A stretch of DNA of 63,958 nt from Octopus bimaculoides (GCF_001194135.2 NC_068981.1:178047168-178111125), one strand, 5' to 3'; shown: positions 14,367 to 26,397, counted from the first letter of the stretch. Numbers and translations: made by a program. The notes: generated from the sequence alone by a model not told the origin.

Positions 14367-14473
14367 TCTTAGACAACTGTCTTCTATTCTAACCTCATGT
14401 TAACCAATGGTTTATGAGTTGAATGTAGTAAATGTGCATGCATGTGTGAGTGTGTGTATGTGTGTTTTATACA

Positions 14474-14835
14474 TCATCATCATCAAATGTCTATTTTTCC
14501 ATGCTCATATGGGCTGGAATTATTTCAGGCAGAATCTCTATGGCTAGATGCCCTGTTTCCAAGTGAGGTAATATTTCCCCCATGATCAGATGAAATGAAT
14601 AACACTGCTTGTATGACAGTGATATTCATTTATAATAATCACACATGAAGACAAGGAGACACACATGCACAACAGGCTTCTTTCAGTTTCCATCTACCAA
14701 ATCCATTCATATAAGGCTTTAGTTGGCCCAGGACTATAATAAAAGACCCTTGCCCAAGATGCCACACAGTGGAACTGAACCCAAAACCATGTAGTTGAGA
14801 AGCAAACTTCTTACCACACAGCTATACTTGTGCCT
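14474..14835 (-). mobile_element. SINE with a family-D head and core but a family-A-like (CAT)n tail
   Basis: 14690-14830 matches the D head and core; 14474-14560 matches the A tail. A similar copy lies at about 5301-5710. Confidence 0.65.
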
Positions 14836-15799
14836 ATAATGTAAAATAGTACATGGAGTTGTGTACTTTTAGGTTAAAATGTAACTTAGTCATATGATAA
14901 CTAGAAATCAATAAAATATGAGACTGAAATAAGTACTGTTGTTGGTACAATTGACTAAAATCCTTTGAAGGTGGTGTCCAACCACTGACATGGTCTAATG
15001 ACTAAAAAGAGTGAAAGAGTTTCTATTACTTGAAAAAAGTAGAGTTGTAAAAATAACTATATTTTTCAAAACTGCTGTAACACATCTATCTACATGTAGT
15101 TAAGCATAGGAACGGTAATTTCAAAGTGCTTTTTACAAAGGAATATTAATATTCCAGTTGATGACAATAACAATGGTAATAGATACAATATCAATTTAAA
15201 TGGACATGTTGTTGCTTTTGCTCCATCTAATACACAGAAAATTACTTTGCTTTTAATTTTTACACTGTTAAAATAAATCAATGAAGCTAATTTTGGTCTT
15301 ATCACATTTATAAATTAGATTAACATTAAAAGCAATTAGTGAGTGTTAAATTGACAATTTCTCAGTAGAAATTTGTTTCATAGAAGAGTTATGTATGAAT
15401 GATAAGTTGACAAATTAAAAAGACATTTCCTCAAAAACATAGCATATTTCCTTCATGTAATATTTTTGTAATTAACAATGATTAAAAATCATCCATAAAT
15501 GTAACTTCCTTTTAAAAAATAAAATAAAATTTGCTTTGAATAGTAAGAATATATTTAAAATTAAAATATCAGAGAGAAATTACAAACTTATGAAGATAGT
15601 ATAAACATTATTTTCAATCAAATACTTTTTTTTTACTATCTATAAAATGTTTTGTTTTTTTTACATATTTGTCAGGTTAAATAGCATTTTTTCTTTCATT
15701 TTCTTATTTCTTAAAGTGATTTTATATCCATTTTCCAAGCAAGCATGGGTAAACTGACATTTTTTTAAAATTTGGATAGCTATCCATCTTCTTCACCTA

Positions 15800-16330
15800 C
15801 TATTCTTGGGAGGGCTGTTGGAGTAGAGTCCTCAGGCACTTCTTCCATAGGATCCTATCAGAAGTAACTATCATGACATTTTCCAGCTGGATACTCAAGC
15901 ACGAACAACTGAGACTATAGATATTATCCAACCATCCTGTTCTTGATCTACCCTTAGATCTGCCAGTTCGCTTGGCTTGAAAATTCTGTCTTGCGTTTCT
16001 TTCTTGTAACATTCTGATCACATGTTTCCAGTACTAGAGCTGTAACCGCTCAATGCAGAAAAGTAGCAGCTCAATCTGGAGAGACTTCCTAATTTCTGAG
16101 CTGTGCAGCCAGACAAGCAATGTCACTCCAAAGATTCTTCAGAGGAACCCGATTCTGGCTGCTTGTATTCACAATACTACTCATTTGGTCATTACCCAAC
16201 ATTCATGACCATAGGTGAGGATAGACACACAAACTGAACTGAAGACAGCATATTTGGCTCTTTTACCAACCTCTCCTCTTAAATGCTGGTGCTGATACAT
16301 TACTTTGCCAGTGCCTGCAATTTCTGCATC
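15800..16330 (-). mobile_element. Decayed RTE (Expander/Rex3-like) LINE 3' fragment
   Basis: VFSSVCVSILTYGHECWVMTK*...IQAARIGFL*RIFGVTL...SSEIRKSLQIELLLFCIERLQL*YWKHVIRM...GRSKGRSRTGWLDNI. Confidence 0.85.
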
Positions 16331-16516
16331 TAATTCAGCCTCCTTGCTTCCTTTAGATATTGATATATAAATTATTGAAGTTAATTTTCACTGCTAAATG
16401 TCTTTTCGACAACTAATGATGCTATTATAGAATGACAGTGACATCTACTTTCCGTCTAAGCAAATGACTGCAAACCTCACAGAAATTGCTTAAAAAAGCT
16501 GTATTTTATGCTTTAA

Positions 16517-16752
16517 CTCTTTAGCATTCACATTATTCTATCAAAAGTAATGCTAATTTAAGCATACTGTTTTGAATTAATCATGCATTATCTTGTAGCT
16601 TTGAGATTTTGATGAGGCAACTGTTAATTTTTTAGAATGACATTGAAGGGCAGAATTGAGAAACCAGATCTTGCCAATTTGAACGTAAAACAAGTAGGAT
16701 ATTTTGGCCGGATATGGCCAGCTTAACAACTAAAGGGTTAAATGCCAAAGGG
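16517..16752. mobile_element. piggyBac-like TTAA MITE (family E) with a duplicated right terminus
   Basis: TTAA|ctctttagcatt ... ctaaagggTTAA atgccaaaggg|TTAA. Confidence 0.8.
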
Positions 16753-16813
16753 TTAAAACAATATCTTCCTCTTTTTACTCCAACTATTTAATACAAAAAT
16801 TTGTAATACTTAC

Positions 16814-16927
16814 AGTTAAACAACCCATCAGACCATTTTCAAATGGTCTCTGGAAAGCTCTGGTGTCAGAGCACCATTCTAGTAGTTCTCGAGCAGCACT
16901 TTGAAAACCTGATGTAGAGGCCAGTTG
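16814..16927 (-). CDS. ZMIZ1: Second coding exon (114 nt, phase 0/0) of the ZMIZ1 ortholog, Zmiz1 N-terminal helical (TPR-like) domain
   Basis: Translates [38 protein letters not shown], compared with recalled human [38 protein letters not shown]. Acceptor ttttctcAG at 16929-16928 and donor GTAAGT at 16813. In frame with the 50885-50947 exon. Confidence 0.96.
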
Positions 16928-18137
16928 CTGAGAAAAGAAATAAAGAAATTTTAATTGAAACTCTAAAAACCAAAAGAAAAAAAGTTTACACATTTAAAGC
17001 TGGAGATTAGCATATTAGTTTATCAATGACAGGACTTTTAATTACAACGTGTCAATGTGTCGTGAGCTTTGTGTTTGTGTTATGTCTGACTAGCATTGAA
17101 CAATAACTTGTGGATATGGCATATACATAGCAAGACAAAGTCTACATTAAGAGCAAAGAAAGGACTACCCTCAGAACCCTACACTGGCAAAATGTTTTCC
17201 AGGAATGGCAAGGAATAGAAGAGTATCAAAAATACATGGACATTCTTAGGTGGTATCCATGTTGATCTTCAAAACAGAAAGTGGACATATAATATGTATC
17301 TCTATCATATAGAGTAATCCCTCACCATATCGCCGTTTATTATTTAAGCTTAGGTCGATTCCTCTGTAGTGTTGTTTTGCATTTATAATAAAATAAATAT
17401 AAACAAATTATAAAAATAATAATAAAAAATATACAGTACAGTACTGTTTCTACTTTGCGGATTTTCCCCTATCATGGAGGGTTTTGGAATGTAACATGAT
17501 AGTCGAGGAATTACTGTATGCAGATTATCATTAAACAGCCTTGGAAGAAACATTGAAGACATTTCAACATTAAAAAACATAATAATAAATATTATGCTAA
17601 TACTTAGTATATATAAATTTCTTCCAAACATTTGCAACAGAGAGGGAGAGGGAGAGAGACAGACAGACAGACAGAATGGGAGAAATAAGAACACACTTCT
17701 GACCACAGAATATGGGTTGACAACAAAATATACTTTTCATGTTATCCATGAAGCTTTAAACAACATGGAAGAAAAGACAATGGTATAATTCTATTTCTAA
17801 ACAACACCTTTAAAATACCTTCATAATACTTAAAAAGGCCCAATTATCATCTTCTAGATTATTTCAACACTAGAAACTTGACATAAAAGTCGGCATTAGT
17901 AAGTCTGCTGCTTATGATAGATATACTACACTAAAATGAAAAGTAATGTAAAAAAAAAAAACTCTTCAGTTGTATTATTTCTTCATGATGTTATTGAAGA
18001 TAATTCTGCAATGTAAATGTGTTAATCCTTCCTCCATTAAGAAAATGAAATGGTAATATGTAAAATTACTAATTGTAAAATGATGTTTGTGAGTATTAAG
18101 CTACCTACAAACATTAATGCAAAATATGAATTTTATG

Positions 18138-18794
18138 TACATTATTTACAATGGATGGATAAGTGTCCTCATCTTGTTTGTTGTTACCACAACATTTCAG
18201 TCCATGTACTCTCCAGCTTTCATCGGGTGGAATTTTGAACCCAACCCTTTATTTGACTAATGGGGTATTTTGTTCTCATTCCTAAGGTATTCTTTTTTTG
18301 CTGATGTTATTTTTTCTGTTGATATTATTTCCCAAGTCCCTGACTGGGATTGAACTCAGAATCCAAGGGTTAGTAGCCTGCGCTCTTATCCACTATGCTA
18401 TATGCCCATAGGTAATTATAGAGTGAATTATAGTGTATTAAAAAAAGATAAAATATTAGGTTTATAAGCCTAAAAATTCACTCTATAATTACAGGCATAC
18501 AGCAGAGTGGATAGGAGCATGGACTACTAACCCTTGGATTCTAAGTTCAATTCCAAGCAGGGACTTGGGAAATGATATCAACAGAAAAAAATAACATAAG
18601 CAAAAAAAAAAAGAATACCTTAGGAATGAGAACAGAGTACCCTGTTAGTCAACTAAAGGGTTGGGTTTGAAATTCCACCAGAACATCTGATGAAGGCTAG
18701 AGAGTACATCGGCTGAAATGTTGTGGTAACAACAAACAGGGTAAGGACACCATTGTAAATAATGTACATAGTTCCTATCTCAAAAATATAGAAT
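18138..18794. mobile_element. Full-length palindromic tRNA-headed, hammerhead-bearing element (diverged copy) with 15-bp TSD
   Basis: Inverted arms about 18138-18429 and 18475-18767 around a 45-bp spacer. tRNA-like heads at 18334-18407 (-) and 18494-18566 (+). Degenerate hammerhead cores in both arms. Direct repeat aatatgaattttatg at 18123-18137 and 18795-18809. Confidence 0.85.
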
Positions 18795-20004
18795 AATATG
18801 AATTTTATGGATTTCTAGATTAATAAAATAATTAATATAACAGTAAATGAAAAGAGTTTATCTTAACTAATTATTATCATTACAAGGGGGTGGTAGACTG
18901 GTAGAATATAGGTAGAACTAGTAGAACAATGAGAGCAATATGCTTTGCATACCATCATCATTATTATTATATGTATGTGTTATTTTACTGGCATTATATA
19001 AATAAGTTTCATGAAACAACCTCCACCCCATTTTTTTTTCTATAGACAGTTAGCCTTCTCATTGTAAGCCGATTTTTCTTGAGTGAGAGAAATAAAGATA
19101 AAGAGACAGACAGGCAGACAGGCAGAGACAAAAATGGACAGACAGACAGAGAGAGACAAAGAATAGCTTTAGAAAGGTTTATTTATTTGCCAAAAGACTT
19201 GTTGGTGACCTTTTTCTTTTTATTTTCTTTTTTCACACTATGTACCCTACTTACCTTTAACAGTGCTATGTTAAACCACCAGATCTGATTTACTACTGTA
19301 CTCCAGCCCACCTAATATGAGACTTTTTTCTTAAAGATCACTCTTGCTCATAGGAACTCCACTTTGAGGAAAAAAAAAAAAGAAAATAAAAAAACCTGCT
19401 CTAACTAGATAATCTGGAATAACAAGATATCTTCTACAAGACTAGGTTAGAACACAATTGAAATGAGTCCCCCACCCTTTTTTTTATTATCACAACACTA
19501 AATAAAGATACCAAGACGTCTAGGTCACCGATTCCCAAAATGTGTACCTCCCACAACTTCCTTGACACTGAGTTTGGTTCAAAGTGTGTCCTACCCTCCC
19601 AGTTAAAAGCTTTATCCAGAATGACAGTTGGGAAGAATATGGACAACAAAATTCGAAAACATAATAACAATTAAAATTAAACATTCATTTCACAATACAT
19701 AATAATAATAATATAATTGCAAATATTTAAATTAATCAATTTAACAAATTCAATCAACCTATCAATCCATACATGCCATTTTGTTTTTTAGTGAGCAGGG
19801 TTGACCGTTATTTAACACTGTCAGTCTTACACATATCATTTAACATCTATTTTACTGTTCAGTCAATCTACAATGTCATCATAGAGTAAAAAGGAAGAAG
19901 ATATTCAGTACCAAAGTTCATCAACTGAAAATCTTCAGTCACTTAGCCTATTGCCTTTCCTAAGAAACAACTCTGGATTCTTTCTCCTATACTAACTCTA
20001 ATAA

Positions 20005-20211
20005 TTCTTTCTAACATAAGCACAAGGCCTGAAATTTTACAAGATGGAGATAGACAGTCAATTGCATCGACCCCAGTGCTCAACTAATACCTATTTTATT
20101 GACTCCAAATGGATAAAAGACAAAGTCAACCTCAGCAGAATTTGAGCTTAGAATGGAATGTAAAGCTAGAAGAAATGCTAACAAATCTGCTAACTCACTG
20201 CTGGCTAACCC
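20005..20211 (-). mobile_element. Family-C SINE
   Basis: cacaaggcctgaaatttt...gaccccagt...aaagtcaacctcagcagaatttga, homologous to 422-632. Confidence 0.7.
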
Positions 20212-20775
20212 TAATAATAATAAAACCAATCATTTCTAACACTAGTACAAGACCAAATATTATATTTATATATATATATATATATNNNNNNNNNNNNNNN
20301 NNNNNNNNNNNNNNNNNNNNNNNNNNNNNNNNNNNNNNNNNNNNNNNNNNNNNNNNNNNNNNNNNNNNNNNNNNNNNNNNNNNNNNNNNNNNNNNNNNNN
20401 NNNNNNNNNNNNNNNNNNNNNNNNNNNNNNNNNNNNNNNNNNNNNNNNNNNNNNNNNNNNNNNNNNNNNNNNNNNNNNNNNNNNNNNNNNNNNNNNNNNN
20501 NNNNNNNNNNNNNNNNNNNNNNNNNNNNNNNNNNNNNNNNNNNNNNNNNNNNNNNNNNNNNNNNNNNNNNNNNNNNNNNNNNNNNNNNNNNNNNNNNNNN
20601 NNNNNNNNNNNNNNNNNNNNNNNNNNNNNNNNNNNNNNNNNNNNNNNNNNNNNNNNNNNNNNNNNNNNNNNNNNNNNNNNNNNNNNNNNNNNNNNNNNNN
20701 NNNNNNNNNNNNNNNNNNNNNNNNNNNNNNNNNNNNNNNNNNNNNNNNNNNNNNNNNNTATAAAGAGAGGGAGAG

Positions 20776-20862
20776 ACAGACAGACAGACAGAGACAGACA
20801 GACAGACAGACAGAGACAGACAGACAGACAGAGACAGACAGACAGAGACAGACAGACAGACA
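20776..20862. repeat. (AGAC)n / GAGACA mixed repeat
   Basis: Directly visible; similar at 11330-11360. Confidence 0.9.
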
Positions 20863-21500
20863 GAATAATTGATTACGTCAACTTCATTGGCTTTAATGGT
20901 ACATATTTTATAAACTCCAGCAAGAGTAAAGGCAAACATCAACCACAATATGAACTGAATCCATAAACTAATGGATTTAACTGAAGATATTTTGCTCCAC
21001 CACACCTGTTATCTACCAATCTAGGTACTAGTTTTAGCTAAGACCACCAATTCTGAGGGAAAGGGGAAAGTTGATTACATCAGTACTTTTTATTGACTCT
21101 GAAAGGATAAATGGCAAAGTTGACCATTGCAGAATAAGAACTCAGACTGCAAAAACCAAAGCAAATGCAGCTAAGCATTTTGTCATCATAAAAACTAGCA
21201 GATGTGGTCCTACTAACATCATAGATCTAAAGCAAAGAAAACAAAAAAAATGAAGGTACTTATTTCAGGCTTATCAACTAACACTTTAACTGTTATTTAC
21301 TTAGTATAGTATATTAAATCAATGGAAACACTAAATATTAATATTTCCAGAAAATTTTGTATAAGATTTTAAGCAATATGCAAAATGACTTTTCAAAACT
21401 ACTTCAGATATTTGCAATAATTTTATTTAGAAGCTTTTCATCATTTAATTAATTAGTGGCATAAATTTAAATGATTAATATTTTCTTCCTGTTTTATTTA

Positions 21501-21535
<35 letters not shown>

Positions 21536-21959
21536 ACATGCATACGTTTAAGCATGGAAAGCAAATGTAAACTGATGATAATGATGTGTGTTTATATATA
21601 TATATATATNNNNNNNNNNNNNNNNNNNNNNNNNNNNNNNNNNNNNNNNNNNNNNNNNNNNNNNNNNNNNNNNNNNNNNNNNNNNNNNNNNNNNNNNNNN
21701 NNNNNNNNNNNNNNNNNNNNNNNNNNNNNNNNNNNNNNNNNNNNNNNNNNNNNNNNNNNNNNNNNNNNNNNNNNNNNNNNNNNNNNNNNNNNNNNNNNNN
21801 NNNNNNNNNNNNNNNNNNNNNNNNNNNNNNNNNNNNNNNNNNNNNNNNNNNNNNNNNNNNNNNNNNNNNNNNNNNNNNNNNNNNNNNNNNNNNNNNNNNN
21901 NNNNNNNNNNNNNNNNNNNNNNNNNNNNNNNNNNNNNNNNNNNNNNNNNNNNNNNNNNN

Positions 21960-22176
21960 GGGCTGGCAGAATTATTACCACACCAGGTAAAATGCTTAGC
22001 GGCATTTCACCTGTCTTTACATTCCAAGTTCAAATGCCACTGAAGTCAGCTTTATCTTTCATCCTTACAGGATTGATGAAAAAAAGTACCAGTGAAATAC
22101 TGGGATCGATGTACTCAACTAATAATCCTCCCCTGTGAAATTGCTGGTTTTGTGCCAGAATTCGAAATCAATATTA
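21960..22176 (+). mobile_element. Family-C SINE
   Basis: gctggcagaa...aatgcttagcggcatttc...tgtgccagaattcgaaatcaata. Confidence 0.7.
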
Positions 22177-22509
22177 ACATTGTGTGTATGTGTGTGTGTG
22201 CGTGTGTGCATGCGTATGTGTGCATCTTGGTATCTGTTAGAGATGATTTGAATATCTGCGCACGAAAAGTTTCTCACTAAAGTGCAGGTTTGAGCAAGAT
22301 TTTTCTATGGAAGGCCAGTAACTACTCATCCATGCAAGTCTCCCCTCTTTGCACCAAAGGAAAGGCAAGACTGATGCAGCTTGGTACTAGTGTTGTCATA
22401 AAGCAAAGAACCAGCATACATAATTTCAAGTATCACATTCAACACTCTAAAGGTTTTGCCAATCTGTCATAACAAATGACAAGGCATTATGTTCTAACAA
22501 TTCCTCAAC

Positions 22510-22547
<38 letters not shown>

Positions 22548-22869
22548 CACTAAATATGATGTACTCTTTAGAGTACATGTCATATGTGTTTTATTACTGC
22601 GTTTGTGCATGTGCACATAGATAACACTACTGGTTAGCATGTTTGTAGAAGGCCAAATTTATTGTAGATGCATGGTTTCAAATTCCAGGGATATTTATAT
22701 GTATTTTGACTATGTTCTGAATTTATACGTATTCTGACTATGTTCTGGTCAATCAGATGCGTGTGTGTGCGTATTTTGTTATAATAAGTATATGTGTTGC
22801 TTAAGTGCTAGATGTGGATCTATATGTATGTGTGGATGCGAGGTGATGATAGGTATTTCAAAGGAAGAG

Positions 22870-23400
22870 AGTTTAGAGGTGGAGTCCATGGGAGTAGGTT
22901 GAGCATTCAGAGAGAAAAGTTAGGTTTTTGTCAGTGTTAGAGCTGAAAGTCAAGGGAACTGAAGTGCAAGGCTAAGCCAAACATGTAGAGATGCTGGGTG
23001 GAGTGATTCATGGAGCAAAAGTGGTATGAAACAGAGGAGTTTTTGCCTAGATAGATGTTACAAAGGTGTTTAGTAAAGCAATGAGACAGGTATCATCCAA
23101 TCTGCCTGATATACTTAGGGAGTTACAGAGGGAGCATTTTAAGTAGTAGATGATATTAGTAGAGATGCAGGTGAAAGGGTCAGATGCATAGAAGGACTGA
23201 TGGCTAAGGCTGGTGAGGACAGCAATGTTAAAGTAGAATGGATAGGCATGGATAGACATGACAGCAGCAAGAGTGAAGAAGGGATCCAGATTAGGAATAG
23301 TGAAGCAGAGAAGGAACTATGAACAAGTAGTAGGTCCACATAGGATAAAGGCATAGTTAAGGGAATGAAGAGATGATACGCATAAGACGTGGGAGATGGT
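22870..23400 (-). mobile_element. Decayed Penelope-like element (Neptune-type) GIY-YIG endonuclease fragment
   Basis: Minus strand reads PFTCISTNIIYYLKCSLCNSL, then after a frameshift YIRQIG*YLSHCFTKHLCNIYLGKNSSVSYHFCSMNHS. This matches the PLE pattern FTCxSxNVIYxIxCxxC-YIGxTGRxLxxRFxEH-VxxHFxSxxHS. Confidence 0.75.
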
Positions 23401-23702
23401 GGAGTCAGATGGGAGGCTTTCGAATGCACAGGGTTATAAAGCATGGGAAGTGTCATTTTTTCAGAAGTAGGAACAGAAGAACCCCACCCCTAACACACAA
23501 ACACACGCACGCACACGTCTTTCAAGAGAAATACTGCATTACTGTGTCTCTTTACTTTAGACCCTTGTGAGGGTGTAAACATGGCCTAGCTTAATGGTGC
23601 ATGTGCTAATGCAAACAGGTATTTGCCCAATATGTTGGAGACACTAACTAATATGTTAGTGTTTGTATATTGAATTTAATTATGTATAATGATTATTTCT
23701 TC

Positions 23703-23751
<49 letters not shown>

Positions 23752-25277
23752 AGATCGCTGTTGATGACTTTTATATATCAAAACTCTGGATAAGGGTTGT
23801 ATATTTCTACTCACTTTCGGCATTTTTAGAGTTATTAAAAAACACAACAAAATACTATCTGTTATCCAAAATGATTTTATTTTAGTGTGTGTGTGCGTGC
23901 GTGTGCATGCGTGCGTACGCACACAGACACACACATCAACCAAATGTATTGTTCATCCAATTACATGTTCTTCAGTATCATAAAAGCAATGATTATACCA
24001 CAACAGTATGCTGTGAGCATGAAACGCACAAGGGAGATATAGTCTATTGAAAACTATCTTGGATTGCTGCAGGTTCTAATTTAGAGAGCACGTGCGCATA
24101 TGTGTGTGTGTGTGCATGTGCATGCACATGTGTTTATATATATATATATATATATACATATATACATATATATATATATGTATATGAGTCATTTATTTCT
24201 GATAATGGACATACAAAGTAAAATGTAGAAGCCTAGCAAATATATAGCTTCTGTACATATGGATATAGTAGAGGTGACATTTTGCTTAGAGGACATTTAT
24301 AGTATACAGAGACAGTGAATGTAACAGAATAATGGAGGTGCTAAGAACAATGAAATTCCACAAAACAGGAAGAACTTCCAGAAAAATCTGTAACTCAGTG
24401 ATTAGCAATCCACCATCCACATCATTTTATCAATGCACTTCACTTGTAACATATCAATATGAAATTATGAACAATTGTGGTATTTGTGGATGCTGCCTGA
24501 TAGTAAGTAGGGCAATTTTACCAAAAGTAAAAAAGCAAAATAACTGACTGGTTAGTGTGAAAGAAGCAGGTAAATATTATCATAACTATTATTGCCAATA
24601 TTATCATAACTATTATTATAAAATATTTAACTATTTACCAGTGTTATGTGTACAAGATAATAAGCAGCTTATAACATACTGATTCCATATAGCAATGATA
24701 ATCATATTTCTTCATAATAGTTTCTTACCCCAGAACCAATGTTACAATAAATATGAACAGAAAGAGTTTCTTGTGATAAAGTGTAATACATTAATAAATT
24801 TATTTAGAATGCCATTTATAGAGCTTATTATAAATAGACTTAGTAATAGTTTTAGATATCAGAAGAGTCAGTGAAAGAACTAAATTTATGCCTTAGAGTG
24901 ACAAAATAAAAAAATTTTTAAATTTAATATTTTTTTTTTAATTGAAAACTTCTAACAAAGTTAGTTTTGAAAAATAGTAAAAAAGAAACCTATGAGGACC
25001 AGATAGCAAGTAGATAGAAAGGAAATTACTAGCAGCTACTAAATGAGCAAGCTAAACTTGGAAAGACAAAATTACAAAGTATATTAGAAATTTAAGAGAA
25101 TAGATTTATGTAGTATAGAGGCCTGTCACAAAATTAGAAGGTAAAAGCTGAAAAAAATGGGTGCACTAACTTCATAGATTTTCAAGCTAAAGAGTGTTAA
25201 CTGAAAAAGATGAAATTAAAATTAGTACAAAGTATAAAATGCAATTTATGACTCCATGTTAATATGTAACTAACTGT

Positions 25278-25497
25278 GGGGTCAGTGAGCTGGCAGAATC
25301 ACTAGCACATCAGACAAAATGCTGAGTGGCATTTCATCTGTCTTTACATAACTGAGTTCAAATCCCACTGAGGTTGATTTTGCCTTTCATCCTTTCTGAG
25401 TTGATAAAATAAAGCACCAGTAGAGCACTGGGGTTGATGTAATCAAGTAACACTCCCCTGAACTTGCTGGCCTTGTGCCAAAATTTGAAACCAATAT
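25278..25497 (+). mobile_element. Family-C SINE
   Basis: Homologous to the reverse complement of 422-632. A second copy in the same orientation lies at 25845-26037. Confidence 0.75.
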
Positions 25498-26104
25498 GTA
25501 ACATCGTCACCAGGTGTCTTGCAAAATCTGTTTCAATCATTTAATTTAAGGTTTAGTATGCTTTCAAACGCACGCACTCATGTGTGTGAGTGTGTTTAAG
25601 TTGAATGTGATTCACAAGCCATTTAAATAGTTGAGTATGTTTGTATTGAAACTTTTTAATAGCTCCCTGTATGCAATGTTTTTAGAGTGGCATAAATAAT
25701 GATGATCATAATCCTTGTGATGCATCCATGACAACACACGTACAATGCACACGACTTGGATATAACTAGAGAACTCCATGAGACCACTCCACGTAAAGTT
25801 CTCCCAAACATTGTGGTATACCTCATGTTGCATTAATATATATCAGAGCTGGCAGAATTGTTAGCACACTGGGCAAAATACTTAGTAGCATTTCACCTGT
25901 CTTTACGCTCTGAGTTCAAACTCTGCCAAGAATGACTTAGCCTTTCATCCTTTCAAGGATTGAGTACTGGGGTTAATGTAATGAACTTACCCGCTCCCTC
26001 GAAATTGCTGGCCTTGTGCCAAAATTTGAAATCAATATTTAGATTCTTCTATTTTTCAGATTCTTACTAAAGTGTAAGTTGATTGTAGAACATTATATTC
26101 ACAT

Positions 26105-26397
26105 ACAGTTCTATATTTAAGAGATGAGGAATTATTTACATTATTTACATTATTTACATTTGACGGATTAATAACAGTAATAATAATAATATAATAATAA
26201 TAGTAACATCGTTAGGAATGAGAACTCAGGTTCGAAATTTCCCCAAGACACCTGACGAAGGCTGGAGGGTATATCAGCTGANNNNNNNNNNCCAAGACAC
26301 CTGACGAAGGCTGGAGGGTATATCAGCTGAAACGTTGTGTTAACAACAAACAAGATGAGGAGAAATATCCATCAAATGTAAATAATGTAAATAATGT
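26105..26397. mobile_element. Internally deleted copy of the same palindromic hammerhead element, 13-bp TSD
   Basis: Short inverted left end 26105-26167 plus a forward arm carrying the hammerhead. TSD attatattcacat at 26092-26104 and 26398-26410. A 10-N gap lies inside. Confidence 0.85.
26296..26341 (+). ncRNA. Minimal type-I hammerhead ribozyme motif (G10.1-U11.1 wobble)
   Basis: GACAC-CUGACGA-A-GGCUG...CAGCU-GAA-ACGU-U-GUGUU, the same architecture as 44148-44193. Confidence 0.7.

Noticed and set aside
1-16813. Third ZMIZ1 coding exon (expected approximately VVSRVA...FDLDLGYRLLAVC)
   Set aside because: No matching sequence found by eye on the minus strand. It probably lies left of the window or, less likely, in the 12240-13161 gap.
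18334-18566. Two tRNA genes
   Set aside because: A and B boxes are present but the acceptor stems do not pair, and both lie inside a repeat. They are tRNA-derived heads, not genes. The same applies to the family-B and family-D heads.
18190-18730. Active hammerheads in the 18 kb copy
   Set aside because: The left arm core is CCGAUGA and both arms have AUGU instead of ACGU with weakened stems. They are probably inactive.
24320-24550. MKFHKTG as an RTE MKxxKAxG motif
   Set aside because: A single weak motif with no following RT motifs.
26125-26160. CRISPR-like or regulatory arrays (atttacatt repeats and other short tandem duplications at 22.7, 24.6, 42.3 and 60.3 kb)
   Set aside because: Eukaryotic context with no repeat-spacer structure. 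These are slippage duplications or part of the element tail.
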